Below, in pieces: positions 25,582-34,694 of a stretch of 64,000 bases of DNA. Origin of the DNA: Oscillospiraceae bacterium. Lineage in GTDB: Bacteria > Bacillota > Clostridia > Oscillospirales > JAAYXM01. Made by a program: the position numbers and the translations under genes. Location of the stretch: positions 2,820 to 66,819 of the forward strand of contig JAFQME010000024.1 of assembly GCA_017421025.1 (NCBI GenBank), read 5' to 3'. A model generated the notes under the pieces. The model searched no databases and was not told the origin of the DNA. It saw nothing but the letters and a program-made list of their open reading frames with translations. Each line of letters opens with the position of its first letter. Positions within the stretch are counted from its first letter, which is position 1.

Positions 25582-26723
25582 TCTGCTTTTTTTCCTCCTT
25601 CTCCGCCTTGTTTCGGGCGGTGATGCGGACGGCGACGACGGTGGTAATGGTTGCGGGGTTTGCTTTCACCGTCTGCTTGTTGGGGTTTGTCTGCCTTGGG
25701 TTGCTGGGGTTTGTCTGCCTTGGGCTGCTGGGGTTTGTCAGCCTTGGGCTGCTGGGGCTTTTCGCCTTGCGGTTTGTCTCCCTGCGGACGGCGTCTGCGG
25801 CGGGGACGGTGCGGCTTGTCTGCCGGGGTGTCTTCTGCCGGGGTCTCTTCGGGGACTTCGGATTTGAAGAAGACCGGGGGAAGCTCTTCCTCTACCACAC
25901 GGCGTTTCGGCTTGGAGCCGAGCGGGCCGACTTCTGATTTGTGGAAGGTTTTGAGTTCGAAGGAATCCCCGCTTTCAAAACGGAGTTTGAGTTTTCCGGA
26001 AAGCAGGGCGACTTCGACCACGGTTGCCGGACCGTCCGGCGTTTCCACCTGCGCCCCCACACGTGGAGTGGTGCGGTGCAGGTCTTCATAGGCTTCCTGC
26101 TCATATTTTAAGCAACACATCAAACGCCCGCAAGTGCCCGAAATCTTGGTCGGGTTGAGCGAGAGATTTTGCTCTTTTGCCATTTTGATGGAGACCGGCT
26201 GGAATTCGTCTAAAAATTCCGAACAGCAGAAAGGTCTGCCGCAGATGCCGAGACCTCCGAGGAGCTTTGCTTCGTCACGCACACCTACCTGACGCAACTC
26301 GATACGAGCGTGGAAGGTGGAGGCGAGATCACGCACCAAATCACGGAAGTCCACTCTTCCGTCGGCGATGAAATTAAATAAGATTTTATTGCTGTCAAAG
26401 GAGTATTCTGCGCTGATGCACTTCATCTCCAACCCGTGCTGGTCGATTTTGGATTGGCACAGGTTGATTGCACCTTTTTCCTTTTCCCGGTTCATCAGGA
26501 CTGTGCCGTGATCTTCCTGGGTGGCGATTCGGAGCACCTTACGCACCGGCTCAACCAGGGTGGATTCGTCCACTTCGTGGTTGGGCATGGAAACGATACC
26601 GAATTCCTTGCCTTGCGCACTTTCTACAATGACCGCGTCTTCACGCTTTGCCTGGACTCCGTTTGCAAGAAAGGTATAGGTCTTGCCGGAGCCGGAAAAG
26701 CGGACGCCGATTACTTCTGTCAA
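25578..26723 (-). CDS. ricT: PSP1-domain regulator RicT (YaaT) with a repeat-rich basic C-terminal extension
   Basis: Strong match to B. subtilis YaaT blocks: VIGVRF, RIELRQVGVRDEAKLLGGLGICGRPFCCS, SIKMAKEQNLSLNPTKISGTCGRLMCCLKYE. Start reassigned to TTG 26723 (SD GGAGGA), 1 nt after the holB stop. Confidence 0.92.
   Translation of the reverse strand: MTEVIGVRFSGSGKTYTFLANGVQAKREDAVIVESAQGKEFGIVSMPNHEVDESTLVEPVRKVLRIATQEDHGTVLMNREKEKGAINLCQSKIDQHGLEMKCISAEYSFDSNKILFNFIADGRVDFRDLVRDLASTFHARIELRQVGVRDEAKLLGGLGICGRPFCCSEFLDEFQPVSIKMAKEQNLSLNPTKISGTCGRLMCCLKYEQEAYEDLHRTTPRVGAQVETPDGPATVVEVALLSGKLKLRFESGDSFELKTFHKSEVGPLGSKPKRRVVEEELPPVFFKSEVPEETPAEDTPADKPHRPRRRRRPQGDKPQGEKPQQPKADKPQQPKADKPQQPKADKPQQADGESKPRNHYHRRRRPHHRPKQGGEGGKKAE
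25673..25762 (-). repeat. 24-bp in-frame tandem repeat (about 3.5 copies) encoding (KPQQPKAD)n in the RicT tail
   Basis: Plus-strand units ctgccttgggttgctggggtttgt (25691..25714), ctgccttgggctgctggggtttgt (25715..25738), cagccttgggctgctggggctttt (25739..25762), plus a degenerate copy upstream. Confidence 0.9.
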
Positions 26724-26724
26724 C

Positions 26725-27540
26725 TTACTGTTCCTCCTCTGCGGAGATTGCACACGTGAGGCGTGCACAAAGACCGCCTAATATGATCGCAACGCCGAGG
26801 TTGCGGATGATGCCGTCTGCTGCACGGTCGATTGCATCGCAGCAGGAGACAAACTCGGCGTATGTAAAAACAGGGGCAGGCTCCCCGGAAATCAGCGGGG
26901 GGAGCGTTCTGAGCGCACCGTCACGCAGCAATGTGCGGCAGGACTCCAAAATATCCCGCAATTCTGCACGGTCGCACTTTTCCAATGCCATGCACGCAGA
27001 AAGAACGCCCAACTCGTCTCGCTTTGAGAGCGGGAGCAAGATGCTCCGTGCCTGGTCGATACAGGCGAGGTCTACTCCGTGACCCGAGAGCTTAATCTGG
27101 GTGCAACGGGAGACCACGGTGGGGAGCAGGTCACTTGCGTGATTGACGGTGAAAATGAAGCAGACATGCTTCGGGGGCTCTTCAATGGTTGCGAGCAGGA
27201 CGTTTTGCTGGTCCACGGTGAGACGGGATGCGTCCTGCACCACATAGACCTTACGGTGACCGTCGTTTGGCAGGATGTGTGTATCCGCAATCATGTCACG
27301 CACAACACCGATTTTGTTTTTTGCCGCATCCATCACAGCGGGTTGGAGCGCATGGATGAGGTCGGGGTGCTCTGCCTTACGGCAAGCAGCACAGACCCCG
27401 CACGGGGGATGTTCCCCCTCGCAAATGAGCGCACGGGCAAGACGCAGAGCAAAGGCTTCTTTTTCTGCGCCTTCTTCCCCTGTGATGAGAAACGAATGCG
27501 GCACACGTCCGCCCGAAAAGATACGGGAAATCCGATCCAT
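26725..27540 (-). CDS. holB: DNA polymerase III delta-prime subunit
   Basis: 271 aa. Contains HSFLITGEEGAEKEAFALRLARALICEG..PCGVCAACRK, and lies between darA and ricT as in B. subtilis. Confidence 0.88.
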   Translation of the reverse strand: MDRISRIFSGGRVPHSFLITGEEGAEKEAFALRLARALICEGEHPPCGVCAACRKAEHPDLIHALQPAVMDAAKNKIGVVRDMIADTHILPNDGHRKVYVVQDASRLTVDQQNVLLATIEEPPKHVCFIFTVNHASDLLPTVVSRCTQIKLSGHGVDLACIDQARSILLPLSKRDELGVLSACMALEKCDRAELRDILESCRTLLRDGALRTLPPLISGEPAPVFTYAEFVSCCDAIDRAADGIIRNLGVAIILGGLCARLTCAISAEEEQ

Positions 27541-27863
27541 TAGAATTTTGCAAACTGCTCAACATCCATCACAAAGATGGTTGCACCGCCAACGGTGATC
27601 TCGGTTGGGACAGACGGGAAGAAGCCCATGCCAAGCTCGCTTGCGGTGGAGACCAACTGCTTGCGGCTGTGGGAATGCTTCTTGATGATTTCGAGAACCG
27701 GTGCGACCTTTTCTTCTTCCACACCCACGATGATGGTGGTGTTGCCGGTCTTTAAGAAACCGCCGGTGGTGGCAAGACGGGTGACCGAATAGCCTTCCTG
27801 GGTCAGGTTGTTGATGACTGCATGAGCGTCATCTGCATTGACGATTGCCATAACTAACTTCAT
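27540..27863 (-). CDS. darA: Cyclic-di-AMP receptor PII-like protein DarA (YaaQ)
   Basis: 107 aa. Close match to YaaQ: MKLVMAIV...VTRLATTGGFLKTGNTTIIVGVEE...VGGATIFVMDVEQF. Confidence 0.88.
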   Translation of the reverse strand: MKLVMAIVNADDAHAVINNLTQEGYSVTRLATTGGFLKTGNTTIIVGVEEEKVAPVLEIIKKHSHSRKQLVSTASELGMGFFPSVPTEITVGGATIFVMDVEQFAKF

Positions 27864-27875
27864 ATTAAGATCCTC

Positions 27876-28964
27876 CTAAAAAAAGATTCTGGGAACACTT
27901 TCGTTTAAGTACAGAGGGCTGACCGGAATCACGACCGGGTCTCCCTCGGATGCAGGGACACGGGAAAGGTCCACCACACAGTGGAGCATTCCGATGTGCC
28001 CAAGGGTTTTGACTCGTTTTCCTCCGATGAGGACATACGGAGTCTGTTTTTTGAGAAGACGGAGGAGGTCCTGGATGAGGTAACGCACCCCGTCTTTCAT
28101 ACGATAGGTATCACGGACTTTTTCCACGCCGAAGCCGTGGAAATAGCCCACCGGCAGGACCGAGACACGAGTGGGGCGGCGCAAACGACATGCGGCGCCG
28201 TAGCCGACTGTGGCACCCGCTTCCAAGGTATGCGGCTCGTGCACAACGGTTTCAAGCTGCCCGACCGGTTTGAGGGATTTTCCGCCTTTTGCAATTCTGC
28301 CGATGAGTGCAGAGCCGATGCGTGCCGCACTTCCGTATACTTCGGGGATGCGGAAAAGGGCGGAAGAGTTAAAGAGATGGGTCAGCCCCGGCTCACATCC
28401 GCACGCAATCATTTCGTCCTCGATTTTGGAGAAGGTTTCGATTTGCGCACGGGTTTTTTTGAGACTTCCGAAGGCTTGGTTTAGATGTGCATAAGTGCCG
28501 CACAGAGAGAGTGCGGACAGGTGCGAGAGTTCCTCGCAGACCGCAGCGGTTGCGCTCGGAGAGAATCCGTACCGCCCCATGCCGAGGTCGAATTTGAGAT
28601 GGAATCTCGCACAAACACCTTGCTCACTTGCAGCAGCGTTGGCACGCTGCATGGCGAGTGAGGAGCCAAGGGTTAAGATGATATTGTTTTGAATCAAGGG
28701 GGAGAGCTCTTCGGTAAAAGCGGTGGAGCGGAGCATCAGAATATCTGCCGAGGGCAGCGCACTGCGGAGTGCGAGTGCATCTTCCACTTCTGTGACCGCA
28801 AAGAATTCCACGCCCATAGAGGCGAGGGTTTCGGCATAGGGAATGAGCCCGAGACCGTAGCCGTTGCCTTTGACCACTGCAATCAGGGTTTTCTCCTCCA
28901 AACGGATGAGCACTTGCTCGAGATTGTGCAGAATACTCGCTTTTGAAATCAGATAGCGATTCAA
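27876..28964 (-). CDS. alr: Alanine racemase-family PLP enzyme
   Basis: 362 aa. AVVKGNGYGLG (PLP-Lys motif), VGYGAA...VLPVGYFHGFG. Confidence 0.7.
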   Translation of the reverse strand: MNRYLISKASILHNLEQVLIRLEEKTLIAVVKGNGYGLGLIPYAETLASMGVEFFAVTEVEDALALRSALPSADILMLRSTAFTEELSPLIQNNIILTLGSSLAMQRANAAASEQGVCARFHLKFDLGMGRYGFSPSATAAVCEELSHLSALSLCGTYAHLNQAFGSLKKTRAQIETFSKIEDEMIACGCEPGLTHLFNSSALFRIPEVYGSAARIGSALIGRIAKGGKSLKPVGQLETVVHEPHTLEAGATVGYGAACRLRRPTRVSVLPVGYFHGFGVEKVRDTYRMKDGVRYLIQDLLRLLKKQTPYVLIGGKRVKTLGHIGMLHCVVDLSRVPASEGDPVVIPVSPLYLNESVPRIFF

Positions 28965-28975
28965 GAAACCCCCTC

Positions 28976-30034
28976 CTATTTATTGCGGCGTAAGAACAAC
29001 AGCTTGCGTGCTTTGCGGAAGATTTTTTCGCCGTTTGTGATTGCCGCATTGATGAGGGGCTTGAAGCGGTATTCAAACTCCCCGACAAATTCGGTGAATT
29101 CCCCGTTGAAGCCTTTTTTGAAACGATAGAGGCCATAGAGCGGGTTGTCTTCGGAAAGGTCGCCCGAAACCCCACGGAAATCATAGACCCGAGCTCCTAC
29201 TTCAATTGCCCATTGAATCATGTGCCACTGGAGCAGGTAGTTGGGCAGGTGGTTGCGGTGGGCATTGGAGGAGGCGCCGTAGAGGTACCAAACCTTGTCG
29301 CCGTAATGCACCGCAAGGGTGCCGGCAACCGGGACGCCTTCCTGGGTGTATGCCATATACAGACGGGCGTGCTCGCCCAGATTTTCCAAAATGTTTTCAA
29401 AGTATTCTTTGGAGCGCACCACAAATCCGTCACGCACACCGGTTTCCAGCATGAGCTTGGCGAAGGGTGCGCAGGCTTCTTTCCCCTCGATTTTCACCAC
29501 AACACCCTTTCGTTCTGCGACACGGATGTTATAGCGGGTTTTGGAATGGAACGAGGCAAGGACTGCTTCTTCGTCCCGACCGTCGGGGTAGAGACGGAAT
29601 ACATAGCGGGGCTGGATGCCCGAGAAGTTTTTCCCCGGGTCACGCAGGGTGTAGCCGAGCGCTTTCATGGAATCGGCAAACTCGATGTCGGACGATAAGA
29701 CATCCGGGTCGATTTTCAGACAGTATGCCTTGTATTTCTTTGCAAGGGCGCACGCACCTTCGGTGATGGCTTTTAAGGTTTCGGTGTCGTGCACATCGCA
29801 GACCGGGCCTCGCCCGGCATACATCAAGGTATAGGGCAGGGACGGGACTTTACGGATGAGAAACGAGCAGGCACCGCAAATCTCACCTGCGGCATTGCGG
29901 ACCAGGACCGCTTCCCATTTCCATTCGGGTTTTTGCGCCGCCCAAAGGTGAGACTGGATGAAATGCCCCTTCGGATGGCTTGCGACGAATGCTTCATAAG
30001 CACCCACGGTTTCTTTTGTAACAAATTCAAACAA
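28976..30034 (-). CDS. FemAB-family peptidoglycan interpeptide-bridge aminoacyltransferase
   Basis: 352 aa. Motifs: FIQSHLWAAQKPEWKWEAVLV, YGASSNAHRNHLPNYLLQWHMIQWAIEVGARVYDFRGV. Confidence 0.82.
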   Translation of the reverse strand: MFEFVTKETVGAYEAFVASHPKGHFIQSHLWAAQKPEWKWEAVLVRNAAGEICGACSFLIRKVPSLPYTLMYAGRGPVCDVHDTETLKAITEGACALAKKYKAYCLKIDPDVLSSDIEFADSMKALGYTLRDPGKNFSGIQPRYVFRLYPDGRDEEAVLASFHSKTRYNIRVAERKGVVVKIEGKEACAPFAKLMLETGVRDGFVVRSKEYFENILENLGEHARLYMAYTQEGVPVAGTLAVHYGDKVWYLYGASSNAHRNHLPNYLLQWHMIQWAIEVGARVYDFRGVSGDLSEDNPLYGLYRFKKGFNGEFTEFVGEFEYRFKPLINAAITNGEKIFRKARKLLFLRRNK

Positions 30035-30117
30035 GGGTAGACCCTCCTTGTGATTCTACTATTCCTATTGTAACTCCATTTTAACATATTTTTCTGAATT
30101 CGTAAAGAAAAAATTGC

Positions 30118-30146
30118 TTGAAATGTCAAGGCTTTGGTGGTATGAT
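30118..30146 (+). promoter_or_regulatory. Putative promoter for the EamA transporter gene
   Basis: TTGAAA, 17-nt spacer, TATGAT with TGg extended -10. Confidence 0.45.
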
Positions 30147-30175
30147 GTTAGCAGTTTGGAAAAAGGAGGGAGCAT

Positions 30176-31012
30176 GTGGTGAACAATCAGGTCAAAGGCA
30201 CAATTTATATGCTGCTTTGTGCGCTTTGCTGGAGTTTTTCGGGACTGCTTGTAAAAGTGATTCCGTGGAGCCCGTTTGCGGTCACAGGGCTGCGTTGTTT
30301 TTTTGGACTGCTGGTTACACTGTTGGTTGTGCGTGACCGCCGTGTCCGGCTGACCAAGCAGAATTTTCTCACTGCGGCATGCGTGCTGCTCACCGCAGCT
30401 TCCTATATCGTTGCCATTCGCATGACCACTGCGGCAAATGCCATTGTTTTGCAGTATACCGCACCGATTCTGATTCTCATTTATCAGATTCTGTTTCAGA
30501 AAAAGCGTGCGACACGGTTGGATTTGATTGCGGTTACCGTCATCCTCTCCGGCATCGTCCTCTTCTTTGTGGAGGGGATTGCGGGCGGTAGTGTTTGGGG
30601 GAATCTGGTTGCCCTTTCTTCCGGTGTTTTTTTCTCGGGTGTGTTTTTGTGCAACGCTCGCCCGGGTGCCACCCCGATGCAGTCGAATATTTTGGCATAT
30701 ATCATGGGCAGTATCATTTTCCTGCCCTCGATTGTGACCAATGTCACGCCCGATCCGCTCGCATGGGGTGCAGCGGTGGTCCTCGGTGCAGTCACCTTGG
30801 GGCTTGCTTACTTTTTCTTTGCCAAGGGCTCGCAGCATATCAGCGCATTGGCAGGGTCACTCATCACTTGTATTGAGCCGATTCTCAGCCCGCTTTGGGT
30901 GGGGCTTGTGGTTGGCGAAATTCCGAGTGCCTGGGGCTTTGGCGGCATGGCGCTGGTCATTCTCGGCGTTGTGGGATACAATGTCATGTTAATTCGAAAA
31001 TCACAGAATTAG
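30176..31012 (+). CDS. EamA/DMT-superfamily transporter
   Basis: 278 aa, 10 TM helices in two EamA halves. GTG start with SD AAGGAGGG. Confidence 0.82.
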   Translation: MVNNQVKGTIYMLLCALCWSFSGLLVKVIPWSPFAVTGLRCFFGLLVTLLVVRDRRVRLTKQNFLTAACVLLTAASYIVAIRMTTAANAIVLQYTAPILILIYQILFQKKRATRLDLIAVTVILSGIVLFFVEGIAGGSVWGNLVALSSGVFFSGVFLCNARPGATPMQSNILAYIMGSIIFLPSIVTNVTPDPLAWGAAVVLGAVTLGLAYFFFAKGSQHISALAGSLITCIEPILSPLWVGLVVGEIPSAWGFGGMALVILGVVGYNVMLIRKSQN

Positions 31013-31049
31013 AAAAAAGCCTTGAGCCAAACGGCTCAAGGCTTTTTTT
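31013..31049. terminator. Bidirectional rho-independent terminator
   Basis: aaaaaagccttgagcc-aaac-ggctcaaggcttttttt. Confidence 0.85.
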
Positions 31050-31767
31050 AGAACATCTCGTCTTGCAGGGCGGAGTAGTCGATTTTTGCCGGAAGCACGG
31101 CTTTGCGGATGGCTTCCATGCGTAAGTCCAGCTTTGCGGAGATATCCGCACACTCTTTGAGCTCCTGCATCATCTCTTCGGTGAATTCAAACTCTTTTTT
31201 GTATCGCAGCTGATGCTCCAAAGTCGCCCAAAAATCCATGGCGATGGTGCGCAGCTGGATTTCCACCTTGATTCGCTTTTTTCCATGCTCCAGGAAGATG
31301 GGGATTTCCACAATGATATGCAGACTGCGGTAGCCGTTTGGCTTGGGGTTTGCGATGTAGTCCTTCATATCAATCAAGGTGATATCGTCTTGCCGCAAGA
31401 GGGCTCGGATGAGAGCGTAGACATCTTCCGGAAACGAGCAGATCACACGCACCCCTGCAATATCGGTGAGGTTTTGCTCAATGGAATCAATGGAGACCGG
31501 AAGATTGCGGCGGATGAGCTTGTCCCGAATGCTGCGGGGACTTTTGAGCCGGGTTTTGATGGATTGGATGGGGTTGCGGTCATGCATGAGAGAGTATTCC
31601 GCATTGAGCACGTTGAATTTGGTCTCAATCTCCATCATGGCACACTTGTAAAACACCATAAGCTCCATGAGTTCGTGGGTGCGTGCTTCGGCAAGCTCAA
31701 AGGTGGGGTCATCGGCGGAGAACATCCGCCGGAGCAGTTTTTCGTCGTCAAAGGTCCAGCCCGGCAT
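31048..31767 (-). CDS. Small alarmone synthetase (RelP/RelQ-type GTP pyrophosphokinase)
   Basis: 239 aa. RelA/SpoT synthetase block: DIAGVRVICSFPEDVY...NGYRSLHIIVEIPIFL...IKVEIQLRTIAMDFWATLEH. Confidence 0.88.
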   Translation of the reverse strand: MPGWTFDDEKLLRRMFSADDPTFELAEARTHELMELMVFYKCAMMEIETKFNVLNAEYSLMHDRNPIQSIKTRLKSPRSIRDKLIRRNLPVSIDSIEQNLTDIAGVRVICSFPEDVYALIRALLRQDDITLIDMKDYIANPKPNGYRSLHIIVEIPIFLEHGKKRIKVEIQLRTIAMDFWATLEHQLRYKKEFEFTEEMMQELKECADISAKLDLRMEAIRKAVLPAKIDYSALQDEMF

Positions 31768-31782
31768 GGGGGAACCTCCTTT

Positions 31783-33384
31783 CTAAATTGAGAGCGCAGT
31801 TTCGCCGGAAACCGCAGGCAGAGTCAGGGTTTTTGCTCCCTGCTCGGTAAAGAGGGTAAATTTCGTTTCACGGTCGTTTTTGCCGCTGACGCTCAGTTTC
31901 ACACTTGTTCCGTCACTTTCGGCGGAGAGAAGCTTGATGCCGACTTTCGCACGGACATAGCCGCAAATCTCATCCATTGATGCGGGGATGGGTTCATAGC
32001 CTTCGATTGCGGAGAACACCCCGTCGAAAGAGGCTTTGACCGTGTTCGGACTCATGCGCTGAATCCATGCGGATTCATGGGTGAAGAACACTGCGGGGAC
32101 AAGGCTTTGGAGCGCACGGGTGATTTGACGGATCCCGTCACGCACGGTTTTTTCCACATTCGAAGTGGGCGACCATTCATAGCCGCAAACGTCACGAATC
32201 TCGGTCACACAGTTGAACAGTCGTGGGTCGTCGGGCAGGTAGTCCGCATAGAACACCGGGTGTTTCCCGTTGTGCGGACCGTCAAGCACGGTACGGTAAG
32301 GTCCGCATTTGACCCACTGCGGGTCCTCGTTGCGGTACGGGGTCGAGGGGGTCATGTGCACCCCGATGAATTCGCAGCCCATCTCCACCAGATAGGGGAG
32401 TGCGTTCTTGCCGGTTTCATAGTAGTGAGCAAGCGCAAGTTTGGAAATCGGAAGCCCGTTTTCCGAAAACCAACTCTTTGCACGGATTGCGTTTTCTTTG
32501 ATGGTGGCATCATCGTAGGGCTTGCCTGCGAAATGGTCAAACCAAATGAAATGCTCGGGGAGGTCGGAGGGCACCCATTCGCACCCTGCAAACGCATGGG
32601 GGAACATGGTGGCGGTGCCGGCTTTTGCATGCTTCTGAAGCTGCTTTAAGGTTGCTTCATTGACATTGTTCTGGAACACGCCGAGCCACGGAATGAGGCC
32701 ATAGGAATTGGCGATATCCACCCAGGAGAGCGGGTTTTCTTCGTCAAACTCACGCCAAGCACCCCAAACATCGTCCACACGCATTCCGACAAACGGCGGA
32801 AGCCCTTGCATGACGATGGGTTTGCGAGCGGCAAAGACCAAGCTTTTCCAAAGCAGGTCATCCAACCCCATGAGTGGGCCACAGACCGAGGGGTTCATCC
32901 AGCCCATATCGTGCCAAAGAACGATGCGGTTTCCCGCTTCGAGAAGCGGTGTGGTACCGAGGGATGCGACCGTGTCGCCCACGGATGCGGAAATCGAATA
33001 GGTATGTGCTGCAAACAGGGCGATGGAATCACCCGAGGGATGCAACGAGGAAATCTCATGCGGAGAAATCAGGATATGCCCGCCTTCTGCAACCGCTGTT
33101 TTCGGGGTCGCAACCCCCAGGGCGAGGGCGAGAGCGGAGTCGAAAACAGCCAGCCCTGTGCCGTTGTCATACGCCATGCGCACCGCACGGAGTGCCGGTG
33201 CTGTGGCGGTCATGTCGGGATGCGCAAGCAGGATGAGCGCATAATCCATACTGCCCGAGGATGTGATGGGGCGTTCGTCATAAGGAAACCCGAACCAGTC
33301 CAAATACGGGCGCAGGAATGTGGTGTACTGCGCATAGGACGGGCTCTTGGGATCGGTCAAAACCAAAATGGAAGCATTTTTCAT
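31783..33384 (-). CDS. Cytoplasmic protein of unknown function (533 aa)
   Basis: Long clean ORF with no signal peptide. SD GAGGTGAAA lies upstream of the ATG. No family recognised. Divergent from the ROK regulator gene. Confidence 0.8.
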   Translation of the reverse strand: MKNASILVLTDPKSPSYAQYTTFLRPYLDWFGFPYDERPITSSGSMDYALILLAHPDMTATAPALRAVRMAYDNGTGLAVFDSALALALGVATPKTAVAEGGHILISPHEISSLHPSGDSIALFAAHTYSISASVGDTVASLGTTPLLEAGNRIVLWHDMGWMNPSVCGPLMGLDDLLWKSLVFAARKPIVMQGLPPFVGMRVDDVWGAWREFDEENPLSWVDIANSYGLIPWLGVFQNNVNEATLKQLQKHAKAGTATMFPHAFAGCEWVPSDLPEHFIWFDHFAGKPYDDATIKENAIRAKSWFSENGLPISKLALAHYYETGKNALPYLVEMGCEFIGVHMTPSTPYRNEDPQWVKCGPYRTVLDGPHNGKHPVFYADYLPDDPRLFNCVTEIRDVCGYEWSPTSNVEKTVRDGIRQITRALQSLVPAVFFTHESAWIQRMSPNTVKASFDGVFSAIEGYEPIPASMDEICGYVRAKVGIKLLSAESDGTSVKLSVSGKNDRETKFTLFTEQGAKTLTLPAVSGETALSI

Positions 33385-33483
33385 GTCGTTTCACCTCTAA
33401 TGCGAGTATATCACAGATTTGGTTGCAAGGAAAGCAAAAAGTGGTATAATAAAGAAAAAGTTTACATTTTACCGGAGGTTGTT

Positions 33484-34587
33484 ATGAGCGAGAGGATCGG
33501 AACCGTCCAACTCATTCAAAAAATGAACCGTGTGTTGGTGCTGGACCGTTTGCGTGCCGGCGGCGAGATGTCACGTGCCGAGCTGTCTGCGGAGACCGGG
33601 ATGAGCCTTGCATCCATTACCAATATTGTGAAATACCTCGCTGAATGCGGCTATGTACGTGAAGTGGGGACGGTTGCCACCTCAAAGGCGGGGCGCCGCA
33701 CCGAGCTTTTGGCATTCAACCAAACCGCAGGCGAGCTTGCGGTGGTGCATGTAGAAGCGAATGAGGTGTATTTTGCACGCTGCGATCTTTTGGGGAGCAT
33801 CCTGGAACAGGGGTGTATGCCCACCTTGGTTGCACAGTCCGGAGCTGTGATGGAGACCGTGCGGCAGGTACTTTCCAAAATTGTAAATGAGCGCACACTG
33901 GGTGTGGGGGTTGCAATCTCGGGTCACGTGGACAACCGAGGTGCGGTGAGTTCGGTGCAGCTCAACTGGGACGGATACCCGGTGCGGGAGAAACTCCTTG
34001 CGGAAGGGTTTCCGAATGTGTTTGTGGTCAACAACTCACGCAGTAAGGCGATGGGGCTGAGTGAGCCCATTGTGGATGGCGTGTTTTTGGATTTGTCCGA
34101 CGGGTTGGGACTGGTGCGTTTCCTTGGCGGACGTGTGGACGAGGGGGTCTCGGGTGAACTTGGTCACACCACCGTGATGAAAGACGGCCCGCTCTGCGCT
34201 TGCGGAAATTACGGGTGTCTGGAGAAAGTGGTCAGTCCCGGGTACTTGCAAAAGCAGTTTGGCGGAAATCTCGAGCGGATGCTGGAGGCGTACGAAAACG
34301 GAGAGCGTGTGCCGGCACTGGTGGAAGCTGCCGAGTATTTGGGCATTGGGCTTGCCAATGTCATCAGTTTGTTTGAGCCGCCGTGCATTGTGATCAACCC
34401 CAACTGTATGACGAAAAAGGACCGGTTTTATCATAGTGTACTGGAATATGCACAGCGTCGGTTGGGGAGATTGTCCCTCCGCCGCGTGATGTATCTGCGA
34501 AGCGAGGTCACACATGAGGCGGCGCTCGCCGGGCTTGCCCGTCATGTCGCAGACGGGATTTTTGGCGTGGATGGCAACGTGGTATAG
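33484..34587 (+). CDS. ROK-family transcriptional regulator (NagC/XylR-like)
   Basis: 367 aa from ATG 33484 (SD GGAGG). wHTH: SRAELSAETGMSLASITNIVKYLAECGYV. ROK Zn motif: GHTTV...GPLCACGNYGCLE. The track ORF 32806 is an upstream read-through. Confidence 0.88.
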   Translation: MSERIGTVQLIQKMNRVLVLDRLRAGGEMSRAELSAETGMSLASITNIVKYLAECGYVREVGTVATSKAGRRTELLAFNQTAGELAVVHVEANEVYFARCDLLGSILEQGCMPTLVAQSGAVMETVRQVLSKIVNERTLGVGVAISGHVDNRGAVSSVQLNWDGYPVREKLLAEGFPNVFVVNNSRSKAMGLSEPIVDGVFLDLSDGLGLVRFLGGRVDEGVSGELGHTTVMKDGPLCACGNYGCLEKVVSPGYLQKQFGGNLERMLEAYENGERVPALVEAAEYLGIGLANVISLFEPPCIVINPNCMTKKDRFYHSVLEYAQRRLGRLSLRRVMYLRSEVTHEAALAGLARHVADGIFGVDGNVV

Positions 34588-34626
34588 TGTTTTTTTGGGA
34601 AAAGTGAACAAAATTTGAAATAATGC

Positions 34627-34655
34627 TTGCTATTTTCATAAGACTCTTGTATAAT
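34627..34655 (+). promoter_or_regulatory. Near-consensus promoter for aminotransferase copy 3
   Basis: TTGCTA, 17-nt spacer, TATAAT. Confidence 0.55.
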
Positions 34656-34694
34656 TTATTTAGACCTTAAAATAATTGAAAGGGGTACATTCAA

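Noticed and set aside
25673-25762. Possible CRISPR array or other non-coding repeat (also the 14507..17599 triplet repeats)
   Set aside because: The repeats are contiguous with no spacers. They are in frame inside well-supported ORFs and far shorter than a CRISPR array. No cas genes are present.
32806-33483. 226-aa N-terminal extension of the ROK regulator ORF
   Set aside because: It is a read-through antisense to the 31783..33384 gene. The ROK wHTH begins right after ATG 33484, which has a GGAGG SD.
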